Below are positions 5,635-12,918 of a stretch of DNA of 13,122 nt, piece after piece. Made by a program: the position numbers and the translations under genes. This DNA is from Pseudomonadales bacterium (GTDB lineage Bacteria > Pseudomonadota > Gammaproteobacteria > Pseudomonadales > Azotimanducaceae), in NCBI GenBank assembly GCA_036351515.1, contig JAZBPF010000334.1:1-13122 (forward strand), given 5' to 3'. Positions within the stretch are counted from its first letter, which is position 1, and the number at the start of each line of letters is the position of its first letter. The notes under the pieces were generated by a model. That model saw only the letters and a list, made by a program, of their open reading frames with translations. It was not told the DNA's origin and did no database searches.

Positions 5635-8598
5635 TCAGATGTCCCGACCCTCGCCGAGCAATGCGTCCCAGAGTCCGGCCACCCGGTCCGCGCGCTCGAT
5701 GAGCTCGGGCCGCGTCGTCCGGGCGGGGCGGTTGGCGAGGGCCGTGCGGTGGGCTTCCGCGCGGAATTCCTTGTAGCTGTCGATCAGGAACGTCGCGGAA
5801 CCGGCCGTGACGATCCCCGCGTCGCGCGCCGTCTCGAGGGTGCGGATGGCGTCGGTCCAGGCGAGGAGGCCGGGGTGGGCGTGGGCCCAGCCCAGAACGA
5901 GATATTGAACCATGAACTCGATGTCCACGACAGCGCCCGGGTCCTGCTTGAGGTCGAGTTCCGTGCGCTCGCCGAGGGCCGACGCGGGAGGGCGCTCGCG
6001 CAGGCCGCGGAGCTCGGCGAGCATGCGCGCGCGCATGGCCGCGACCTCCCCGCGCAGGGCGGCGCGCTCCCGCGGGCGCCCGAGGACGTCGCGGCGCACG
6101 GCCTCGAAGGCGTCGCGGATCGCCGGATCGCCCACCACCGGACGCGCCCGGACGAGCGCCTGATGCTCCCAGGTCCAGGCCTCCTCGTGCTGGTAGCGGC
6201 CGAAGGCCTCCAGCGGCGTGACGAGGAGTCCCGCCTGGCCCGAGGGGCGCAGGCGCATGTCCACGTCGTAGAGCACGCCCGTGTGCGTGCGCGTCGTCAG
6301 CAGGTGCACGATGCGCTGCCCGAGGCGCGCGAAGAACTGGCCGTTCGCGACCTCCCGCGGCCCCTCGGTGGTCCCGTCCAGGGGCAGCTGGTGCAGGAAC
6401 ACGAGATCCAGGTCGCTGCCCCAGCCGAGCTCGAAGCCGCCGAACTTGCCGTAGGCCACGACGCAGAAGCCGTCCTCCCGGGGCCGGCCCTCGGCGTCGC
6501 GCGGCGCCCCGAAGCGCTCGGCGGTCTGCTGCCAGGCGAGGGCGACGACGCGCTCGAGAATCGCCTCGGCGAGCCAGGTGAGCGCGTCGCTGACCTTCAT
6601 GATCGGCAGGATCTCGCCGTACTCGCAGGCGGCCACGCGCAGCTCCGTCGCCTCCTTGAAGTAGCGCAGCTGCTCCATCTCGCGCTCGAGGTCGCCGTGC
6701 TCCACGCCGCGCAGCTGCTCGGCGAGCTCGGCGCGGATGGAAGCCGGCTCCGGTGCCGTGAACAGGTGCCGCGGGTCGAGGAGCTCGTCGAGGAGGATCG
6801 GGTGCCGGGCGAGGGACGCGGCGACGCGCTCCGAGGCCGCCGCGAGGCGCACGAGCTGCGCCAGCGCCGGCGGATTCTCCACCAGCAGCACGAGGTAGGC
6901 CGTGCGCCGGAGCACCGCCTCCACGAGGGGGAGCGTGCGGGCGAGAGCGAGGTCCGGATCCTCGTGGGCCGCCGCGGCGGCCAGGAGCCGCGGCAGCGCC
7001 GCGTCGAGACGCGCCCGCCCCACGTCCTGCGTGACCGCTGCCTCCCGCTGCCGGCGCAGGTCCGCGAGCAGGAGCATCGCCGCCTCGGGATCGGCGAAGC
7101 CGGCGGCCGCCAGCCGCGCGCCGGCGCCCGGCTCCTCCGGGTGACGCCAGAGCTCGACCCAGTCGTCGAGCGCGGCGTCGTCCTCGCGCTCCTCGGCCTC
7201 CGGCGCCCGGATCAGTTCCGAGAAGCGCAGGGAGACGCGCTCGCGATGGGCCGCGAGCTCCGCCGCACAGGCGGCCCAGTCGCCGGCCCCGAGCGTGAAG
7301 GCGATGCGCTCGCGGGTCGCCGCGTCCGCCGGCAGGCGCTGGGTCTGCTCGTCGCGCAGGGCCTGGATCCGGTGCTCGACGTGGCGCAGGAACACGTACG
7401 CCTCGTCGAGGGCGGCGCGGTCCGCCTCGGGCAGCTGTCCCGCTTCCGCCAGGCGCCGCAGCACCGCGCGCAGCGCGCGGAGCTGGAAGCGCCGGTCCCG
7501 GCCCCCGTGGATGAGCTGGAAGACCTGGGCGACGAACTCCACCTCCCGGATCCCGCCCTCGCCGAGCTTCACGTCGTCGTCGAGGCGCCGGCGCCGCACC
7601 TCCTGGCGGATCAGCCGCTTCATCTCGCGCAGCGCCTCGATGGCACCGAAGTCGAGATAGCGGCGGAACACGAAGGGCCGCAGCTCCTGCAGGAGCGCTT
7701 CCCCGGCCGCGAGGTCCCCGGCCACGGGACGCGCCTTGATGAGCGCGTAGCGCTCCCACTCGCGTCCCTGCTCCTCGTAGTAGGCGACGAGGGCGTCGGC
7801 GTGCTGCACGACGGGCCCGGCCTCGCCGAAGGGACGCAGGCGCAGGTCCACGCGGAAGACGAAGCCCGCGGGCGTGCGCGGATCCAGCAGCCCGATGAGC
7901 CGCTGGCCCACGCGGGTGAAGAACTCCCGGGCCGGGAGCCCGCCGGGCGTCTCCCCGGGCGCGGTGCAGGCGAAGATCAGGTCCACGTCGCTCGAGAGGT
8001 TCAGCTCCCGCGCGCCGAGCTTGCCCATGGCCAGGACCACCATGCGCACGGGCGCCCCGTCCGCGGCGACGGGGGCGCCCCAGGCCGCCTCCGCCGCCTG
8101 CTCCGCGCGGGCGAGGCTCGCCCGGAGCACGACCTCCGCCAGGTCCGAGAGGGCCGTCACGGTCTCCTCGAGCTCCGCGCGCCGGGAGAGGTCGCGCAGG
8201 AGCACGCCCACCATGTGCCGGTTGCGGAAGGCGCGCAGGGCCGTCCCGACGGGGCCGTCGGGGCGCAGCTCGTCGTCGGGCCCCGCCGCCGCGAGGGCGG
8301 TTTCGAGCTCGCGCTCGAGGGCCCGGGCGGAGGGCGCGGTCCGATGCAGGTCGTCGCGGGCGAGCGCCGCGAGCGCCTCCGGATGGCGTGCGAGCCAGTC
8401 GACGGCCCAGTCGCTGCCGGCGCACAGGGCCGTGAGCGCCGGGGCGAGCTCCGGGGTGTCGGCGAGGAGCGTGGTCAGCGGGACGCCCGCGGCCTCGAGC
8501 CGCTGCACGGCGCCGTGGACGCAGTCCGCGACGGGCGCCGGCGTGGCCGGAGGCAGCGGCAGGACCGCGCCGGCGCCCCCCTCAGCGGGCCCGGCCAT
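5635..8598 (-). CDS. glnE: Bifunctional glutamine synthetase adenylyltransferase / adenylyl-removing enzyme (GlnE), about 987 aa
   Basis: Two nucleotidyltransferase cores are present: VVLAMGKLGARELNLSSDVDLIFA in the N-terminal AR domain and VVAYGKFGGFELGWGSDLDLVFLH in the C-terminal AT domain. The protein is collinear with E. coli GlnE throughout (...VDLRLRPFGEAGPVV...EWERYALIKAR...; ...MKVSDALTWLAEAI...VDMRLRPSGQAGLLV...WTWEHQALVRAR...). I placed the start at the ATG at 8598, which overlaps the upstream gene's stop by 17 nt. The frame stays open to 8955 but that stretch encodes Arg/Ser/Pro-rich junk. The exact start is uncertain by up to a few tens of codons. Confidence 0.88.
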   Translation of the reverse strand: MAGPAEGGAGAVLPLPPATPAPVADCVHGAVQRLEAAGVPLTTLLADTPELAPALTALCAGSDWAVDWLARHPEALAALARDDLHRTAPSARALERELETALAAAGPDDELRPDGPVGTALRAFRNRHMVGVLLRDLSRRAELEETVTALSDLAEVVLRASLARAEQAAEAAWGAPVAADGAPVRMVVLAMGKLGARELNLSSDVDLIFACTAPGETPGGLPAREFFTRVGQRLIGLLDPRTPAGFVFRVDLRLRPFGEAGPVVQHADALVAYYEEQGREWERYALIKARPVAGDLAAGEALLQELRPFVFRRYLDFGAIEALREMKRLIRQEVRRRRLDDDVKLGEGGIREVEFVAQVFQLIHGGRDRRFQLRALRAVLRRLAEAGQLPEADRAALDEAYVFLRHVEHRIQALRDEQTQRLPADAATRERIAFTLGAGDWAACAAELAAHRERVSLRFSELIRAPEAEEREDDAALDDWVELWRHPEEPGAGARLAAAGFADPEAAMLLLADLRRQREAAVTQDVGRARLDAALPRLLAAAAAHEDPDLALARTLPLVEAVLRRTAYLVLLVENPPALAQLVRLAAASERVAASLARHPILLDELLDPRHLFTAPEPASIRAELAEQLRGVEHGDLEREMEQLRYFKEATELRVAACEYGEILPIMKVSDALTWLAEAILERVVALAWQQTAERFGAPRDAEGRPREDGFCVVAYGKFGGFELGWGSDLDLVFLHQLPLDGTTEGPREVANGQFFARLGQRIVHLLTTRTHTGVLYDVDMRLRPSGQAGLLVTPLEAFGRYQHEEAWTWEHQALVRARPVVGDPAIRDAFEAVRRDVLGRPRERAALRGEVAAMRARMLAELRGLRERPPASALGERTELDLKQDPGAVVDIEFMVQYLVLGWAHAHPGLLAWTDAIRTLETARDAGIVTAGSATFLIDSYKEFRAEAHRTALANRPARTTRPELIERADRVAGLWDALLGEGRDI

Positions 8599-9550
8599 CG
8601 GCGAGGTCGCCGAAGGACGGGGGCGCTCCGCGGACGTCCGGATCCGCGAGGGCCTCGGCGATGGCCTCGGCCACGGCCTCGGGCGTCGCCGGCTCCGGCC
8701 GGTCCGCGGCGGCGCCCGCGCCCGCCGCCGCCGCGAGCGTACGCACGCCCTCGAGGCTCGCGAGCACGGAACGGTCCAGGGGGAGCAGCACGACCCGGTC
8801 GCCGCCGGCGTCGGCGAGCTGCGCGAGCGTGTCCACGCAGCGGCGTGCGAGGAGGTAGTCGAGGGTCCGGTGACCGCCGCGCTCCACGACCTCCGAGAGA
8901 CGCCCCGCCGCACGCGCGTCGCTCTCGGCGCGCTGTTCCACGGCCTCGGCGGCACGGCGGGCCCCCTCGGCCTCCAGGATGCGCGCCCGACGGCGCAGGC
9001 GCGCCTCGAGCTCCTCCTGCACCGCGTCGAGGAGCGCCTCCGGGGGACGCAGGTCGCGCACCTCCGTACGGGTGAGCTGGAGCCCCCAGGTCGCGGCGGC
9101 GTCGTCGGCCGCCGCGAGCAGCGCCGCGTTCAGGCCGGGCCGGTCCGCGAGCAGCGTCTCGAGGTCACGCGCACCGACGAGGGTACGCAGGCAGGCGTCG
9201 AGGAGCGCCGCCAGGGCGCCTTCCGGGTCGTCGACCTCGTAGGCGGCGCGCGCGGCGTCCACCACCTGATAGAAGCAGACGGCGTCGACCGACAGGCGCA
9301 CCCGGTCGCGGGTGAGGATGGGGCGTGGCGGCAGGTCGAGGTGGCGCTCGCGCAGGTCCAGGCGGCGGCCGATGCGCTCGGCGCCGGGCACGAGCCAGTG
9401 CAGGCCGGGACGCAGCGTGCGCCGGTAGCGCCCGAAGTGTTCGACCGTGGCGCGCGTGCCTTCGGGGACCCGGCGAACGGAGAGCGCGAGCAGGAGGCCG
9501 CAGCTGCCGAGTGCGGCACCGGCGATCACCAGCAGGGAACCGGGATCCAT
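8582..9550 (-). CDS. SPFH/band-7 (stomatin-prohibitin, QmcA/YbbK-like) membrane protein with an Ala/Pro-rich C-terminal tail, 322 aa
   Basis: The ATG at 9550 has the RBS GGGAGGA 5 nt upstream. An N-terminal TM helix (LLVIAGAALGSCGLLLALSV) is followed by RRVPEGTRATVEHFGRYRRTLRPGLHWLVPGAERIGR...VDAVCFYQVVDAARAAYEVDD...WGLQLTRTEVRDLRPPEAL...RILEAEGARRAAE. This is collinear with E. coli QmcA ([36 protein letters not shown]...IDAVCFIQVIDAPRAAYEV...WGIKVTRIEIRDVRPPAEL...YILEAEGIRQAE). Confidence 0.82.
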   Translation of the reverse strand: MDPGSLLVIAGAALGSCGLLLALSVRRVPEGTRATVEHFGRYRRTLRPGLHWLVPGAERIGRRLDLRERHLDLPPRPILTRDRVRLSVDAVCFYQVVDAARAAYEVDDPEGALAALLDACLRTLVGARDLETLLADRPGLNAALLAAADDAAATWGLQLTRTEVRDLRPPEALLDAVQEELEARLRRRARILEAEGARRAAEAVEQRAESDARAAGRLSEVVERGGHRTLDYLLARRCVDTLAQLADAGGDRVVLLPLDRSVLASLEGVRTLAAAAGAGAAADRPEPATPEAVAEAIAEALADPDVRGAPPSFGDLADGRAR

Positions 9551-9647
9551 GCGCGTCCTCCCGTGCGCGGCCGTCGGGGGCACCGGGGGCCGGGCCCGCG
9601 ACCCGACACTCCGGGCAGACAGCGCGGTGTCCGCCGCGCTGGACCGA

Positions 9648-9653
9648 TCATAC
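9648..9653 (-). promoter_or_regulatory. Candidate -10 element (TATGAT) for the SPFH-glnE-ilvE transcript
   Basis: On the minus strand this is one of the few AT-rich hexamers in the 178-bp GspE-like/SPFH gap. The best -35 match at 17-nt spacing (CTGTCG) is poor. Weak call. Confidence 0.15.
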
Positions 9654-9671
9654 CGATGTGCGTCGCGAACG

Positions 9672-9715
9672 ACAGGAAAAACGACGGCGAGGGCGAGGGC
9701 GAGCGCGCCCGGATC
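9672..9715 (-). terminator. Possible terminator after the GspE-like gene: a GC-rich segment with a short hairpin (GGGCG/CGCCC) followed by a T5 run
   Basis: The minus strand reads ...gggcgcgctcgccctcgccctcgccgtcgtttttcctgtcg. A T5 run is rare in this composition. The stem is short and imperfect. Confidence 0.2.
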
Positions 9716-9728
9716 CCGCGGACGCCCG

Positions 9729-11537
9729 TCAGTGCCCGCTGATGGGCACGACGCGCAGCACCTCCTCGATGGTGGTGTGGCCCCGGCCGACCTGGAGCGC
9801 GCCGGAGAGCCGCAGCGTGTGCATGCCCTCCTTCACCGCGGCCCGGCGCAGCGCGGCGACGTCGCAGCGGTCGTCGATGACGGGCTTCACGGACTCCGTC
9901 ACCGGCAGCAGCTCGTAGAGGCCGACGCGGCCGAGATAGCCCGTCTCCCGGCACTCGAGGCAGCCCACGGGACGCATCATGCGCTCCGGGGGCGTGGCCC
10001 GGAACGGGTGGGTGAGCGTGCGCCAGCCGTCGAGATCCGGCTCCATGGGCGCCTTGCAGTGCGGGCAGAGCGTGCGCACGAGGCGCTGGGCCATGACGCC
10101 GAGGAGCGTGGCGCGGATGAGGTAGGCGGGCACGTCGAGCTCGAGCAGGCGGGTGATCGCGCTCGGCGCGTCGTTCGTGTGCAGCGTCGACAGGACCAGG
10201 TGCCCCGTGAGCGCGGCCTGGATCGCCATCTCGGCGGTCTCCCGGTCGCGCACCTCGCCGATCATGATGATGTCCGGGTCCTGGCGCAGGAGCGCGCGCA
10301 CGCCGGAGGCGAAGGTGACGTCGATGTTGTGCTGCACCTGCATCTGGTTGAAGGCCGGCTCCACCATCTCGATCGGATCCTCGATGGTGCAGACGTTCAC
10401 CTCCGGCGTGGCGAGGTCCTTCAGCGTCGAGTAGAGCGTCGTGGTCTTCCCGGAGCCCGTCGGCCCCGTCACGAGCACGATGCCGTGCGGGTTGTGGACC
10501 ATGGCGTTCCAGCGCCGGAGATCCTCGCCGCCGAAGCCGAGCTCGGCGAAGCTGCGCAGGAGCACGTCGGGATCGAAGATCCGCATGACGAGCTTCTCGC
10601 CGAAGGCCGTGGGCAGCGTCGAGAGGCGCAGCTCGACCTCGTTGCCCTCGGGGCGCTTGGTCTTCACGCGCCCGTCCTGGGGGCGGCGCTTCTCCGCCAC
10701 GTCCATGCGCCCGAGGATCTTCAGACGACTCACGACCGCGGTCGTGACCGGCGCCGGGAGCGCGTAGATGTCGTGGAGCACGCCGTCGATGCGGAAGCGG
10801 ACCTTCCCGGAGTCCCGCCGCGGCTCGATGTGGATGTCGCTCGCGCGCTGGTCGAAGGCGTACTGGAGCAGCCAGTCGACGATGTTGACGATGTGCGCGT
10901 CGTTCGCCTCGGGGGACTTCAGGCGGCCGATCTCGAGCATCTGCTCGAGGTTCGTGATCGCCGCGCCGGCGCCGGTCTGGTGCTGGTCCGAGGCGCTGCG
11001 GACCGAGCGCGCCATGGTGTAGAACTCGAGCATGTAGCGCCGCAGCTGCTCGGGGTTCGCCACCACGCGGCGGATGCTGCGGCCCTTGAGCGTCTGCGCG
11101 AGCATGTTCTCCCAGCCGTGGGAGAAGGGCTGGGCGCTCGCGATCACGATCTCCTCGTCGTGGATCTCCACGGCGAGGATGTTGTGCCGCTGCGCGAACT
11201 GGTAGGACATGGCCTCCGTGACGCGCTCGACGTTGATCTTCAGCGGATCGATCCGGTAGTAGGGCTGCCCCGCGCGCTCGGCGAGCCAGTAGGTCAGGCG
11301 CTCGAGGTCGAGGTGCGTGCCCGGCTCCGTGAGGTCCTCGAACTCCTCCTCGGCGACGATCTCCAGCGGATGCATGTGCAGCTGCTCGCGCCGGCGCGGC
11401 GCGATGACGAGGTTCTCCGCGGTGGTGCGGTTCACGCGCCCCTCGCGGACGAGGTCCTCGAGGACGCCGCGGAGGTCGAGGACGCGGTCCGGGGCCGGCG
11501 GTTCCGGCGTGCCGCGCTGCTGGGACGAGACGGTCAC
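9729..11537 (-). CDS. GspE/PilB/MshE-family type II secretion / type IV pilus assembly ATPase, orphan in this window, 602 aa
   Basis: The GTG start at 11537 has a strong RBS (ggcAGGAGGagcgGTG). An N-terminal T2SSE_N-like domain (...RVLDLRGVLEDLVREGRVNRTTAENLV...AVEIHDEEIVIASAQPF...) precedes Walker A (VLVTGPTGSGKTTTLYS), the Asp box (VCTIEDPIEMV...QMQVQ), Walker B with the His box (DPDIIMIGEVRDRETAEMAIQAALTGHLVLSTLHTNDA) and a tetracysteine zinc motif (CPHCK...CLECRETGYLGRVGLYELL). The 61-codon extension in the ORF track lacks an RBS. Confidence 0.85.
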   Translation of the reverse strand: MTVSSQQRGTPEPPAPDRVLDLRGVLEDLVREGRVNRTTAENLVIAPRRREQLHMHPLEIVAEEEFEDLTEPGTHLDLERLTYWLAERAGQPYYRIDPLKINVERVTEAMSYQFAQRHNILAVEIHDEEIVIASAQPFSHGWENMLAQTLKGRSIRRVVANPEQLRRYMLEFYTMARSVRSASDQHQTGAGAAITNLEQMLEIGRLKSPEANDAHIVNIVDWLLQYAFDQRASDIHIEPRRDSGKVRFRIDGVLHDIYALPAPVTTAVVSRLKILGRMDVAEKRRPQDGRVKTKRPEGNEVELRLSTLPTAFGEKLVMRIFDPDVLLRSFAELGFGGEDLRRWNAMVHNPHGIVLVTGPTGSGKTTTLYSTLKDLATPEVNVCTIEDPIEMVEPAFNQMQVQHNIDVTFASGVRALLRQDPDIIMIGEVRDRETAEMAIQAALTGHLVLSTLHTNDAPSAITRLLELDVPAYLIRATLLGVMAQRLVRTLCPHCKAPMEPDLDGWRTLTHPFRATPPERMMRPVGCLECRETGYLGRVGLYELLPVTESVKPVIDDRCDVAALRRAAVKEGMHTLRLSGALQVGRGHTTIEEVLRVVPISGH

Positions 11538-11590
11538 CGCTCCTCCTGCCCGCGGCGTCGGCCGCGGCTCCTGCGGGAATGGTCGGGTGC

Positions 11591-11672
11591 AGTGTGACGG
11601 GCCCGCGGCCCTCCGGGGAAGGGCGCCGGGCCCCGTTCCCCGCGCGCCGCGACCCAGCGGAGTGTAGGACGG
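11591..11672. promoter_or_regulatory. Divergent control region between the GspE-like gene and argE: a 7-bp-stem hairpin (CGGGGAA ... TTCCCCG, 11614..11642) flanked by direct repeats AGTGTGACGG (11591..11600) and AGTGTAGGACGG (11661..11672)
   Basis: Read directly from the sequence. No convincing sigma-70 -35/-10 pair was found. The candidate -10 CACAAT at 11718..11723 for argE is weak. Confidence 0.25.
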
Positions 11673-11755
11673 ATGGGGCTCCGGAGCCGCCCGCTGGTGA
11701 CCGTACCGGCGGGGCTGCACAATGGCCGGCCACGGGTCCGCATGCCGGAGGCACC

Positions 11756-12910
11756 ATGAACGCCCGCGCGCCCGAGCTCCTGCCCATGCTCCGCCGCCTG
11801 GTGGAGACCCCCTCCGTGAGTTCCACGGATCCGGACTACGACCAGAGCAACCGCGGCGTCGTCGACGAGCTCGGGACCTGGCTCGAGCAGCTCGGCTTCG
11901 CCGTGGAGATCAGCCCCCTGCCCGACGCGCCGCACAAGGCGAACCTCGTGGCCACGCTCGGTCGCGGCAGCGGCGGCCTCGCCTTCGCCGGGCACACGGA
12001 CACGGTGCCCTGCGACCCGGAGCTGTGGACGAGCGAGCCCCTGCGCCTCGCCGAGCGCGACGACCGGATCTACGGCCTCGGCACCTGCGACATGAAGGGT
12101 TTCTTCGCCCTCGCCATCGAGGCCGTGCGCGAGCTCCGGGCCGGGGACCTGGCCCGGCCCCTGGTGCTGCTGGCCACGGCGGACGAGGAATGCTCCATGG
12201 ACGGCGCCCGGGTGCTCGCGGCCCGCGGCGGATCGGCGGCCCGGCACGTCGTCGTGGGCGAGCCGACCGGGCTCGTCCCCGCCCGCATGCACAAGGGCAT
12301 GATGGTGAACGCGATCCGCATCCTCGGACGCAGCGGCCATTCCTCGGACCCGCGCCTCGGGGCCTCGGCCCTGGACGCCATGACCGAGGTGCAGAACGAG
12401 CTCCTCGCCTTCCGCCGGGAGCTCGCCGAGCGCCACCGCCATCCGGCCTTCGACGTGGCCTTCCCGACCATGAACCTCGGCTGCCTCCACGCGGGAGACA
12501 ACCCGAACCGCATCTGCGGGCACGCGGAGCTGCAGATCGACCTGCGCATCCTCCCCGGCATGGACGGCGGGGCGATCCAGCAGGAGCTCGTGGAGCGCCT
12601 GCGCCCCATCGGCCCCCGGGGCGGAGTCGAGCTCGAGGTGGTGCCCATGCCCCCGCCGGTGCCGCCCTTCGAGACGCCGGCGAGCTCGGAGATCGTCCGC
12701 GCCGTGGAGCGGCTCACGGGGGAGCCCGCCGGGGCCGTCGCCTTCGGCACGGAGGCACCCTTCTACCAGGACATGGGCATGGACCCGGTGGTGCTGGGCC
12801 CCGGCGACATCGACCAGGCCCACCAGCCCGACGAGTACCTGGCCCTGGATCGCATCGATCCGACCGTGCGCCTGCTCCGGTCCCTGGTGCGGGAGTTCTG
12901 CATCGACTGA
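11756..12910 (+). CDS. argE: Acetylornithine deacetylase (ArgE, M20 family), 384 aa
   Basis: The ATG at 11756 has the RBS GGAGG 5 nt upstream. The product MNARAPELLPMLRRLVETPSVSSTDPDYDQSNRGVVDELGTWLEQLGFAVEI...LAFAGHTDTVPCD...LYGLGTCDMKGFFA...LLATADEECSMDGAR...GEPTGL.PARMHKG...GRSGHSSDP...NRICGHAEL...GPGDIDQAHQPDEYL is collinear with E. coli ArgE ([23 protein letters not shown]...GHTDTVP...GTADMKGFFA...ATADEETSM...HSSDP...NRIC...GPGSINQAHQPDEYL). The 59-codon 5' extension in the ORF track is intergenic. Confidence 0.9.
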   Translation: MNARAPELLPMLRRLVETPSVSSTDPDYDQSNRGVVDELGTWLEQLGFAVEISPLPDAPHKANLVATLGRGSGGLAFAGHTDTVPCDPELWTSEPLRLAERDDRIYGLGTCDMKGFFALAIEAVRELRAGDLARPLVLLATADEECSMDGARVLAARGGSAARHVVVGEPTGLVPARMHKGMMVNAIRILGRSGHSSDPRLGASALDAMTEVQNELLAFRRELAERHRHPAFDVAFPTMNLGCLHAGDNPNRICGHAELQIDLRILPGMDGGAIQQELVERLRPIGPRGGVELEVVPMPPPVPPFETPASSEIVRAVERLTGEPAGAVAFGTEAPFYQDMGMDPVVLGPGDIDQAHQPDEYLALDRIDPTVRLLRSLVREFCID

Positions 12911-12918
12911 GGCCGGCG

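Noticed and set aside
8599-8955. 357-nt in-frame 5' extension of glnE (ORF track start at 8955)
   Set aside because: The extension encodes an Arg/Ser/Pro-rich sequence with no similarity to GlnE N-termini. It overlaps the SPFH gene's coding region in another frame. The ATG at 8598 aligns with the E. coli GlnE N-terminus.
4624-9075. 1483-aa ORF on the plus strand (and a 1268-aa ORF at 4619..8425 on the minus strand) spanning ilvE and glnE
   Set aside because: Both are antisense or off-frame relative to the well-supported ilvE and glnE reading frames. Their products are Arg/Ala/Gly/Pro low-complexity strings with no recognisable domains. Extreme third-position GC removes stop codons from non-coding frames, so such ORFs are expected artefacts.
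9686-9703. Hexamer microsatellite (GGCGAG)x3
   Set aside because: This is low-complexity GC-rich sequence of trivial length and is probably a chance occurrence. It is noted only as part of the putative terminator region.
11538-11755. 5' extensions of argE (11579..11755, +) and of the GspE-like gene (11538..11720, -) in the ORF track
   Set aside because: Both extensions cover the divergent intergenic region. Good RBSs sit in front of the internal starts, ATG 11756 for argE and GTG 11537 for the GspE-like gene. Homology for each gene begins at those internal starts.
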